Positions 1 through 11,600 of a stretch of DNA of 64,000 nt are shown piece after piece; position 1 is the stretch's first letter, and each line of letters starts with the position of its first letter. Origin of the DNA: Okamejei kenojei (Eukaryota); contig JAVHYY010000217.1 of NCBI GenBank assembly GCA_035221665.1, forward strand, positions 62,001 through 126,000, in the 5' to 3' direction. Below the pieces are notes generated by a model. The model was not told where the DNA came from, made no database searches, and saw nothing but the letters and a program-made list of their open reading frames with translations. Made by a program: the position numbers and the translations under genes.

Positions 1-1409
1 TACCTCGGTACCACGGGACAATAAACTCAACTGGAACTACTCTCTCCCTCACCCCATCTCCCGGCCATAGCGTCTCTCAGCTCTCAAGCCTTCAGTGGAG
101 TGGTGTTGTTATGGCGGGGTAGGACGATGGCCGAATGCCGGAAATTACTGAATTCTGCCCATCCCTTATTCTGACTGTCTGCCCGCCTCCCACCCCTCTT
201 CTGATTGGCCTGACTCAGGGCAAAAGTGATGAACAAGGTGGTTCTGGGCCAATCGCAAGGCGTGGCCTGGGTTCGCCTGGGAACCAATCAGACGCGAGTG
301 AAGTCGAAGGTAACTTTTAGACCCGTTGTCGAGTTCGATCCCAAGCAGCACTGGAACAAGAAACCCCGACAGTTCGTCTCTCCAGAGATGCTGCCTGTCC
401 CGCTGAGTTACCCCCAGCATATTGTGTCTACCCACCTTAGTCCTCCGGGCAGTCTCGCTGAGGTCTAGAAGCTTAGACTGAGTTTGAGTTTCGATTCCAG
501 TAGACTGCCGACAAGCGATGGGATGAAGGGTCCAACAAACACAGTAGACTACTTGCGCTCTATTTTCGTGCGCTCCACTTCCTGCACTTTGCAAACCTGT
601 TCGACTGGAAATATGATCCACCTTCTCAAAGGGGTGGGGCGAGCGATTAAAGGCAACGGCAGGGGGGAGGGGCATTGGTCAATGCTACCTGCGTGGTCAA
701 TTCTCTAGGTTTATGCGATGGTCTGGACTGTTTGCAGTTACAGAGGCTTGACCCGAAACGTCACCGATACGAGGAAATAGGCCCCACAGTCTCATAATTA
801 AAGTCCAGTCGGACCCCGGTCAATCCCTCTTCTCCCATCAGGCAAGAGTCTGAAGAAGGGTCTCGAACCGAAACATCACCCAAATCCTTCTCTCCAGAGA
901 TGTTGCCTGTACCTGAGTTACTCCAGCATTGTGTGTCTTTACAGTGTAAACCAGCATCTGCAGTTCCTTCCCACACAGGCAAAGTACAAGAATTGGGAAA
1001 ACGCACCACCACCAGATTCAGGGTAGATACAAATACTGGGAGAAACTCAGCGGGGGTGCAGGCATCGATGGGACGAAAACCCGAAAAAGCGATTGTGCGA
1101 CTTCCAATTGATTGCTATTTCGCTTCATAGATGCTGAGTCACCCGCTGAGTTTCTCCAGCATTTAGTCTACCTCCAGATTCAGGGATAGTTTCATCCCAG
1201 CTGTTATCAGGCAATTGAACCGTCCTATCACCAACAAGGGAGCAGTCCTGAACTACTATCCACCTCACTGGAGACTCTTTAATCGGACTTTGTCTTGTAC
1301 CAAACGTTATTCACTTTATCCTGTGTGTATCTGCACAATGTGGACGGCTCGGCTGTAATCATGTATTGTTAATTATTCTGAAACTGTGACCCCTGGTTCT
1401 GGACTAGTT

Positions 1410-2400
1410 CTGGCGGGGAGTAAAGGATGTATAGAGGAGTGGGCAAGCAGGGCGGGGAGAGTAGTAGAGGGAGTGGCAGGGGGCGGGAGTGAGTAGAGGG
1501 AGTGGGCTATGGAAAGCAAGCAGCCTAGCAGGAGTGGGATTGGGCTATCAGAGGGCTGGAGCAGGGGCGGGGAGAGGAGTAGAGGAGAGTAGGCTAGCAG
1601 CTTCTGGGGCTACAGCTAGCAGGGGCGGGAGTGGAGTAAGGAGGGAGTGGCTAGCAGCGGAGCGGGGAGTGTGTGGTAGGGAGTGGGCTAGCAGGCGGGA
1701 GTGAGTAGAGGAGTGGGGCTAGCAGGGGGAAGGATGGAGGAGGGGCGGGGGGAGTGGAGTAGTGGCTTAGGGGAGTGGAGTAGAGGAGTGGCTAGCAGGG
1801 CGGTGAGTGGAGTAGAGGGATGGAGAAGGAGTGGCTAGCAGGGGAGGGAAGTGGATGGAGCAGGGGCGGCGGGGATGGATGGAGTGGGGCTAGAGGAGTA
1901 GAGGGGAGTGGGCAGCAGGGGCGGGGGAGTGGAGTAGAGGGAGTGGCTAGCAGGGAGGGAAGTGTGTGATGGAGGGGAGTGGGGCTAGCAGGGGCCCGGG
2001 AGCCTAGCAGGCGGGGAGTGGAGTAGATGAGTGGGCTAGCAGGGGCGGGGAGTGGGGAGTGGGCTAGCAGGGGCGGGGAGTGGAGTAGAGGGAGTGGGGA
2101 ATTGGAGTGGAGGGAGTGAGTTTGGGCTAGCAGGGGGCGGGGGTGGAGTATTACGAGTAGTGGGCTAGCAGGGGCGGGAGTGGGGAGTGGCTAGCAGGGC
2201 GGGGAGTGGGCTAGCAGGCGGGGAGTGGCTACAGGGCGGGAGTGGGCTAGCAGGGCGGGGAGGGCTAGCTAGGGGGCGGGGAGTGGGCTTAGCAAGCAGG
2301 CGGGGAGTGGGCTAGCAGGGGCGGGAGTGGGCTAGCAGGGGCGGGGAGTGGGCTAGCAGGGGCGGGGAGTGGGCTAGCAGGGGCGGGGAGGGGCGGGGGA
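1410..2400 (+). repeat. G-rich ~21-bp minisatellite (GGGGAGTGGGCTAGCAGGGGC)n upstream of SMG5
   Basis: Unit is seen directly. Perfect copies occur near 2300-2390 and degrade distally. Confidence 0.9.
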
Positions 2401-2661
2401 GTAGGGGCCCCCTGTGACACTCGCCGCTGTGCGCGTCACGTGGGTGCAAGTGTCGCGAGAGCGGCGGCGGCGGCGAGGCCGGGAAAATGGCGGCGGCGGC
2501 GACTGGCGGAAAGTGAAGGCCCCGCGACCCGGGACTGACCCGGCCCGGCACAGGCACTGAGGGCCCAGCCCCCGACCCCGGCCCAGGGACCCGCGACCCC
2601 CCGGCACCGCCCCGACCCCGACCCCGGCCCCGGGACCCGCGACCCCGGCCCGGCCGCAGCC
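2400..2661 (+). promoter_or_regulatory. SMG5 CpG-island promoter / 5'UTR
   Basis: CpG-dense. E-box CACGTG at 2437-2442, TCGCGAGA (BANP/Kaiso-type motif) at 2453-2460, YY1-like AAAATGGCG at 2484-2492. GC boxes lie upstream. Confidence 0.7.
2487..2516 (+). other. Upstream ORF MAAAATGGK* in the SMG5 5' leader
   Basis: AAAATGG strong Kozak context. ATG GCG GCG GCG GCG ACT GGC GGA AAG TGA ends 145 nt before the main ATG at 2662. Confidence 0.6.
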
Positions 2662-5600
2662 ATGAACCACCCCGACCCTGACGGCGAACCCGACGGTGAA
2701 TCTGACGCCAAACTGCTCCACACCAAGCGGCTGTACCGGTGAGGGGAGTGGGGGGTGCGGGGAGGCGAGGGAGAGGGCGAGGAGGTTACAAGGTGGGCGA
2801 TGGGTAGTTGGAGGAGGGTCTGAGGAGGCAGTTAGTGGGGGAGGGGTGGGGTGGGCACGTGTTTAGGGGGATAGGAGGTGAGGGATAGTAGTGGTGAGGG
2901 AAGGACTGTGGGCACGTTTGTGAGTGTGAGGGGTAGGAGGTTAGAGGGAGGTGATATGTAATGGAGGGGGTCCGAGGATAAGGGATTAGTGGGGGGGAGG
3001 AAGGGGTGTCCGGGTAGAGAGGGGGGAGTGATTGATGACGGGTGAAGGGGGGTCTGAGGGGAGATAGTGAGCGAGGGATGGGCAGTAGTGAGGGATAAGA
3101 GGTTAGAGGGGAGGGGGTAATGGGGTGATGGATAGGAGGTTAGTGGGAGGGGTAAGTTAGGGAGGGGGTCAGCGGTGGGGAGTCAGGGAGGGCAGAGGAG
3201 AGCTGGGAATGGGTAGGTGGTGAGGGAGAGGGGAAGGTGGTTAGAGGGCAGGGGGTAGTAGGGAGGGGTGCGGGCGGTTACGGGGGGGACAGCGAGGGGA
3301 CAGGAAACAGGAGAGGGAGATGGGATTGTGAGGTTTATTGTTGTCTGTTGTGGGTGGTGTAAGTGAGGTCTAATAAACCTCCTCCTCATTGAGCTTGGAC
3401 TGATGGCATAGGAGAGGGTGAGCAAGTCTTTTTGTGGTTATGACAGAAAATTAAATCAGCAGTCAGCCAAGGTTGCCAACAATATACAGCTGTAAACCTG
3501 ATGAGTTGACACTAAAGATAGACATAAAGAACTGGAATAACTCAGCTGGTCAGGCAGCATCTCTGGAGAATATGGATAGGTGACGTATCGGGTCGGGACC
3601 CATCTCCAAATTTGAGGAAGGACATCCTTGCTATTAAGGGAGTGCAGCATAGGTTCACCTAGTTAATCCCCGGGATGGCGGGACTGTCATTTGATGAAAG
3701 AGAGGGGTTGTATTCACTGGAATTTAGAAGGATGAGAGGTGATCTTATAGAAACATATAAAATTATGTAAGGACTGGCCAAGCTAGATGCAGGAAAAAAA
3801 TTCCCAATGATGGGGGAGCTCAGAAGCAGTCTAAGAATAAAGAATAAAGAGAGTTGTGAATTTGTGGAATTCTCTGCCACAGAAGGCTGTGGAGGGAAAT
3901 CACTGGATGAATTTAAAATAGAGTTAGATAGAGCTCTAGGGGCTAGCGGAATCGAGTGATATGGGGAGAAGGCAGGCATGGGCTATTGATTAAGGATGAT
4001 CAGCCATGATCACAATGAATGGTAGTGCAGGCTCGAAGGGCCAAATGGCATCCTGCACCTATTTTCTATGTTTCAGATACTAAGCTGCAGATACTAAGCT
4101 CGGGTTTTGAATTTCACATTGGTTGTTCGGCTGGGAAGCTTGAGAATACGCAACATAAGGCCAATTTAAGTAAAGATTACTGTGCCTTAAAGTTTCGTCC
4201 TTTTACCTTGGTCTAGATGAACATGTAAATCTCTGTCTCAGGGCATCGTAAGGTCACCTCTCATGGAATCTTGGATTGAGGAAGCTGGTTCTATAAATGG
4301 AATAGGATTAAATTTCTGTTGAAGGCGACTGAGTAGATTTCACTGAAGTGAACATGATTGTAAGGATACCTAACAAAATAGTTGCTACGTGGCTTGGTGT
4401 ACTGTATCTAGGTGAATGGCACAGATTCCAAGTGGGGTTTGGCCATTCTGGGCTGAGGTAAGAAATTCAGGGACCAGGGGAGAGGTGAGGGGAGGGTTGA
4501 GCTGAATCTCCAGGATTTTCTAGCCAGTGGGGTCTCTGGCATTGAGTATATTCAAAGCCATAACGTCATAAGTGATAGGAGCAGAATTAGGCCATTCGGC
4601 CCATTGTTTCCTCTGCCATTCAATCATGGCCAACCTGCCAACAAAATAAACATAAACATAGAAACATAGAAACATAGAATTAGGTCAGGAGTAGGCCATT
4701 CAGCCCTTCGAGCCTGCACCGCCATTCAATATGATCATGGCTGATCATCCAACTCAGTATCCCCGTACCTGCCTTCTCTCCATACCCTCTGATCCCCTTA
4801 GCCACAAGGGCCACATACAACTCACTCTTAAATATTTCCAATGAACTGGCCTCAACTACCCACTGTGGCAGAGAGTTTTTCCAGAGGGGGGGGACTCACC
4901 ACTCACTGGTGAAAAAAGTCTTTCTCATCTCGGTCAAAGGATTTCCCCCTTATCCTTAAGCTGTGACCCCCTTGTCCTGGACTTCCCAACATCGGAACAA
5001 TCTTCATCATCTAGCCTGTCCAACCCCTTAAGAATTTTGTTACTTTCTATAAGAACCCCTCTCAATCTCCTAAATTCCAGAGAGTATAAAAACCACTGAG
5101 TCTATCCAGTCCTTTCTTCAAAGACAGTCCGACATCCCAGGTGAATCAGTCTGGTGAACCTTCTCCACTCCCTCTATGGCAATAAGTTCCTTCCTCAGAT
5201 TGGAGACCAAAAATGTACGCAATACTCCAGGTGTTGGTCTCACCAAGAACCTCCCAGCTCCTGTACTCAAATCCTTTTGCTATGAAAGCTAATTACTTGG
5301 TATATTTCCCAAGTATATAAAAAGAATTACTTGGTATATTTCCCAAGTGCCCTGAGCAGCATCCATTACTTCAGCAGATAAGTGAGAATTGTTACAAACT
5401 AGATAACAGAAAGACTGTAAAACTGGCAGAGCATTTGTGACAGAAAGAGTGGGAGAAGGGGACAATATGTCAACTCCTTAATGTGGAAGCAGTTCTATAA
5501 GTGGAAGAGACTGCAAACCCACTCACAGCTGCTCATTCATTCGACATAACTCATCCTTTACCTCAACACATGGACTCGGTGGAGTTTAGAAGGTTGAGGG

Positions 5601-8600
5601 GGGACCTCATTGAAACTTACAGAATAGTGAAAGGCCTGGATAGAGAGTGGATGTGAAGAGGATGTTTCCACTAGTGAGAGAGTCTAGGACCAGAGGGCAC
5701 AGTCTCAGAATTAAAGGACGTTCCTTTAGGATGGAGATGAGGGGGAATATCTTAAGTCAGAGGGTGGTGAATCTGTGGAATTCTTTGCCACAGAAGGCTG
5801 TGGAGCCATAGTCAGTGGATATTTTTAAGGCAGAGATAGATAGCTTCTTTATTAGTACGGGTGTCAGAGGTTAAGGGGAGAAGGCAGGAGAATGTGGTTA
5901 GGAGGGAGAGATAGATCTGCCATGATTGAATGGCTGAGTAGACTTGATGGGCCAAATGGCCTAATTCTACTCCTCTCACTTATGACCTTATGAAACCTGC
6001 ATGTCTTTGGAGTGTGGGAGGAAACCGAAGATCTCAAAGAAAACCCACGCAGGTCACGGGGAGAGCGTACAAACTCCATACCGACAGCACCCATAGTCGG
6101 GATCAACCCAGGTGACTGGCGCTGTGAGGTATCAGCTCTACCCCCTGCAACTCTGTGCCGCCCTTTGTCACTGTCGTTGGTGCTGGGCTTGGTCAAGCAG
6201 AGGTGGTGAAGGAGAGGGGGGGTTGGAGCAGTGAGGGACATTATGGTACATGTTGTAGGCTCGGGTGTGTTGTGAGCTGTGACCCGCTGTCTCACAGGGC
6301 CGTGGTGGAAGCAGTTCATCGATTAGACGCAATTGTCAGCAACAAGATGGCGTACCGGGAAGTATTCAAACCCGAAAACATCAGCCTCCGAAACAGGTGA
6401 GCGTGGGAGTGAGTGAGTGAGTCGGGATGATCAGGGGCTGGGTAGAAGCCAGCATCTTGCTTCACCAGTTATGGTGGCCTGGGTGGGTGAGAGGGAGTGG
6501 CAGGAGCCTGTGTGGGAGGGAGTTGGTGGCACTGAGGGGCTTCTGTCTTGGCCATTGCTTCACAAGGTGGGGGTGGTCTGGGGTGTATCTGGTCGGGCCC
6601 CGTTGTTGACCAGCTTGTGCTGGGTCCCAAGGTTGTGGTCTGACCAGGGTGTGGGGTGTTAGGGGCGGTCTGGGTGGGACCGGTCTGGGTGTATCTGCTC
6701 GGACCCTGTGTTGCTGACCAACCTGTGCTGGGTCCCCAGGCTGAGGGAGCTGTGTGTGAAGCTGATGTTCCTGCATGCCGTGGACTACGGCCGCAAGGCT
6801 GAGGAGCTGCTTTGGAGGAAGGTTTACTACGAGGTCATCCAGCTGGTCAAAACCAACAAGAAGGTAGAGCCCGCATCACCGGGGGAGGGGGGTCGGGGTA
6901 GAGGGGTTTGGGGAGGGGGGTGGGGGGAGCATGGGGAGTTACGGGAGAGGGTGGAGAGAGGAGGAATATGTGGGAAATGATTGAATCCTTGCACTTTGGG
7001 TCTGGTATGGGAGGAGTGGGGGGGGGGCAGAAGGGGAGACGGGGTGGGGAGTTGAGCCAGATGAGGGGAAGGGGGGTAGAGGGGCTGGTTGCGGCTAATG
7101 ATTGAATCCGTGCGCTCTGGGGAGGGTTAGCTCAGTTAGTTGGAGCCTGGTGCTGATAACGCCAAGGTCATGGGTTCGGTTCCTGTACGGGTCACTGCTT
7201 TACTCCTGATTAGTACGGACAGGAAAGGTGATGGAGATAAGGAATGGGGTTGAGAGGGAAATGTAGATTGGCGTCTGTTTGTCCTGAGCCTATACAGCTG
7301 ATCCCAGGGCATCGCCCCTCCTCCAGCATCCCCCCCATCCCCCTATCCCCCCCCCCCCCCCTGTATCATTCTATGACTCTCTGACTCTGACAGTGTTTGG
7401 ATCCTGTTTACTATCGCTACTCTGTTTAAACTGTCCTAGGTTGGCCTGTGGAGAGGGGGAAGTGCAGCCCCTGAGTTCTACTGCTTTACTGAACTCCAGT
7501 ATAGTTTGTTCTGTACATATCGGGAGGTTTGGAAAGAGCCGGGTACTTTTCATGCACCAGCTTGACGTTCGTTGTCAAAAACACCTGTCTGTGGTTGGAA
7601 AATCCCAGCAGAGGAAATTTACCAGATGCTGCCTAGACGGTTGTGTTTCACTTACAGAGAGAGGGTGGAGAGGGGAATGGGATTGAGAGGGAAATGTAGA
7701 TCGGCGTCTGTTTCTCCTGAGCCTGTACAGCTGATCCCAGGGCATCGCCCCTCCTCCTCCTCCATCCCCCTAATCCCCCCCTCCCTCCTCCCTGTATCAT
7801 TCTGTGACTCTCTGACTCTGACAGTGTTTGAATCCTGTTTACTATCGTTACTCTGTTTAAACTGTCCCGTGTCGGCCTGTGGAGAGGGGGTTTACCAGAG
7901 CTGCCTGGATTAGAGGGGTTCACCTACAGGAGAGGGTGCAGGGGGTTTACCAGAATGTGCCTTTCTGACTGCCCGGTTGTGTCTGGCAGCACATCCACAG
8001 CCGGAGTGCGCTGGAGTGTGCTTACCGCACCCACCTGATCGCTGGCATCGGCTTCTACCAGCACCTGCTGCTCTACGTCCAGTCTCACTACCAGCTGGAA
8101 CTGCACAGCTCCATTGACTGGACACACGTCACAGACCCCCTCATAGGTCAGTCTCCAGCACGGGGGAGGGAGAAGGGGGGAGGGATGGGGTGGTGGGGGG
8201 GGGGGGGGGGGGGAGGGGAAGGGGGTGGGGGGGGGAATAGTCCTGACTACGGGTGCTGACTGTGTGGAGTTTGTACGTTCTCCCCATGGCCGTGTGGGTT
8301 TTCTCCGGGTGCTCAGGTTTCCTCCCACACTCCAAAGACGTGCATATTCGTAGGTTAATTGGCTTTGGTAAAATTTTAATTGTCCCTCGTGTGTAGGATA
8401 GTGTTCGTGTGCGGGGTGATCGATGCCTGGCGCGTGCTCGGTGGGCCGAAGGGCGTGTTACCGTGCTGAATCTCTAAAGTCTAAAGACAGCACCCGTAGT
8501 CAGGATCAAACACAGGTCTCTGGCGCTGTGAGGCAGCAGCTCTACCCGCTGCACCACTGTGCCGCCCCTGATGTGACTGGCCATCGATCCCCTGACATCA

Positions 8601-11600
8601 GGGAATGCATTGATGCTGGGGGCAGGTTGGGGACTGTGTGACGCATGGAATGATGTGATCAGGGACACAGTGTCACAAACACTAGTACGCAGTGCCTCTA
8701 CCTCCCCAAAGATAGACACAAAATGCTGGAGTAACTCAGCGGGACAGGCAGCACCTCTGGAGGGAAGGAATGGGTAACGTTTCGGGTCTGAAGACGCGTC
8801 TCGACCAGAAACGTCACCTATTCCTTCTCTCCAGAGACGCTGCCTGTCCCGCTGCGTTACCCCATCACTTTGTGTCCATCTTTGGTTTAAACCAGCATCT
8901 GCAGTTCCTTCTTACACGCCTCTACCTCCCCGTTGTGCTCTGACACTGAGCCTGGGAATGTCAGCTGGACTGTTGCGTGAAATGATCTGTCTTCCATCTG
9001 TGAATCTAAAGGGGTTCTCCTCTCTCTTGAGTAGGTAGGAGGAAACTGGTGACAGCTTCAGGCAAGGAAATGGAATGGGCTCAGATGGCTTGTCACAGGT
9101 GCCTGATGTACCTGGGAGACCTTGGTAAGTATTGGCACCTGGGAGCAAACGGGAGCACAGGCTTGCTGATGGATTCCTCTCCCCTCCCTGGCACTGGGTG
9201 GGATTTGGTCCAGAGGACATTCATGGGAACAATCTCTGATCTCGTGCTCAATAAGGTGCTGGTCAGGGCTGCATTCGCAATATTGTGCGCAATTCTGGGC
9301 ACCATATCTGAGCAAGGATGTGCTGGCTCTGGAGAGGGTCAATAGACAATGGGTGCAGCAGTAGGCCCTTCCACCCTTCGAGCCAGCACCACCATTCAAT
9401 GTGATCATGGCTGATCATCCCCAATCAGTACCCCGTTCCTGCTTTTTCCCCATATCCCCCTGACTCCGCTATCTTTAAGAGACCCATCTAGCTCTCTCTT
9501 AAAAGCATCCAGAGAACCGGCCTCCACCACCCTCTGAGGCAGAGAATTCCACACACTCACAACTCTGTGAGAAAAAAGTGTTTCCTCGTCTCCATTCTAA
9601 ATGGCTTACTCATTATTCTTAAACTGTGGCCCCTGGTTCTGGACTCCCCCAACAACGGAACATGTTTCCTGCCTCCAGCGTGTCCAAACCCTTAACAATC
9701 TTATATGTTTCAATAAGATACCCTCGCATCCTTCTAAACTCCACACTGTACAAGCCCAGCTGCTTCATTCTCTCAGCATATGAGAGTCCCGCCATCCCGG
9801 GAATTAACCTTGGAAACCTACGCTGCACTCCCATAAGCAAGAGCGCGGAGAGTCGCTACAAACACACTCTCCCCCCTCTCCCCGGGGATCAGCCCCGCCC
9901 GAGGGGGCAGAGACAATTGCCCACGGCAGCAGGAGCCGCAGAATTGGCTGACTCACAACTCTCTGTGAGAAAAAGTGTCCAGAGGAGGTTTACGAGAATG
10001 ATCCCAGAATGAGTGGGTTAACCTATGATGAGCATTTGTCGGCATTTGGGCCTGTACTCGCTGGAGTTTACAAGAATGAAGAGGGGGACCTCATTAAAAC
10101 TTACAGAATAGGAAAGGACCTGGATAGAGTGGATGTGGAGAGGATGTTTCCACTAGTGGGAGAGTCAAGGACCCGAGGTCACAGCCTCAGAATTAAAGGG
10201 CGTTATTTTAGGAAGGAGATGATGAGAATTGTCTTTAGTCAGAGGATGGTGAATCTGTGGAATTCTTCGCTACAGACAGCTGTGGAGGCCAAGTCAGTGG
10301 ATATTTCTAAAGCGGAGATTGACAAGTTCTTGATTAGTAAGGGAGTCAAAGGTTTCAAATGCTCATCACAGATTAACTTACTTATTCCTGAGATCATTCT
10401 CCTAAACCCCCTCTGGATCCTCCCCAGGGCCAACACATCCTTCCTCAGATATGGTGCCCGAAATTGCTCAAAATACTCCAAATGCTGCCTGACCAGTATG
10501 GATATACAGCGGGAATGGGTCGACTGGGCTAATATTCCCTGGAATTTAGAAGGATGAGAGGGGATCTTATAGAAACGTATAACATTCTTAAGGGATTGGA
10601 CAGGCTAGATGCAGGAAAAATGTTCCCCATGTTGGGGGAGTCCAGAACCAGGGGTCACAGTTTAAGAATAAGGGGTAGGCCATTTTGGGCTGAGATGAGG
10701 AAAAACATTTTCACCCAGAGAGTTGTGAATCTGTGGAATTCTCTGCCACAGATGATTTTCAAGAGAGAGTTAGACTTAGCTCTTAGAGCTAACGGAATCA
10801 AGGGATATGGAGAGAAAGCTGGAATGGGATACTGATTTTGGATGATCAGCCATGATCATATTGAATGGCTCAAAGGGCCAAAAGGCCTCGTCTTGCACCT
10901 ATTGTCTATGTTGTAGAGCCTCAGCACTGTGGTCACTGGTGTCACTGGTCAGCGTGGGTCGGTGTGGTTTGCGTTAGACCGTGACCACGTGTCGCACCCT
11001 CCCATTTGCCAACACGCCAGTGCCCAGATTCCGCTGCTCCGTCCTGTCACTCCGTCCCTTCACTCCGTCCCTTCACTCAGTCCCGTCCTTCACTCCCGTC
11101 CTTCACTCCCGTCCTGTCTTTCAGCACGATACCAGAACGAGTTGTCGGGGGTGGACACGGAGCAGCTGGCCGAGAGGTTCTACCACCAGTCGCTGTCGGT
11201 GGCTCCTCATGTGGGTGAGTGTGGCGTCCGGGGCCACTCAGAGCCCCCCCGTAGCGGCTCAGCGTGAGCCCCCCCCTCCCCTGGGATAAACCCACCCCCC
11301 TGTGTGGGGCACCGCGGGCTTGGCAGGGACTGGGGACAGCTGGCGCAGTGGGATGGAGCCGCAGAGGAGGATGTGGTGGTGGTGCCGGTTTGGACAAGGG
11401 CGGGAGCAGCGTGTTGCTTACAGTGGAGTTTTGTGTGTAATACAGAAGACACGAGCACGACGTGGCCCTGACATGGCTTTCAATAACTGTGGCACGGTGC
11501 AGCACTAGAGTTGCTGCCTCACAGCGCCAGAGACCTGGCTTTGATCATGACCAAGGTTGCTGTCTGTACAGAGTTTACACGTTCTCCCCTTGACCTGTGT

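Noticed and set aside
40-300. Possible first exon of a divergent gene (e.g. TMEM79) on the minus strand, with a GTGAGG donor near position 52
   Set aside because: No recognisable protein similarity within the window, so it cannot be supported.
7245-7890. Two ~210-bp similar segments (~7250-7460 and ~7680-7890) in SMG5 intron 3
   Set aside because: An ordinary local intronic duplication with no coding or splice-signal content that I can identify.
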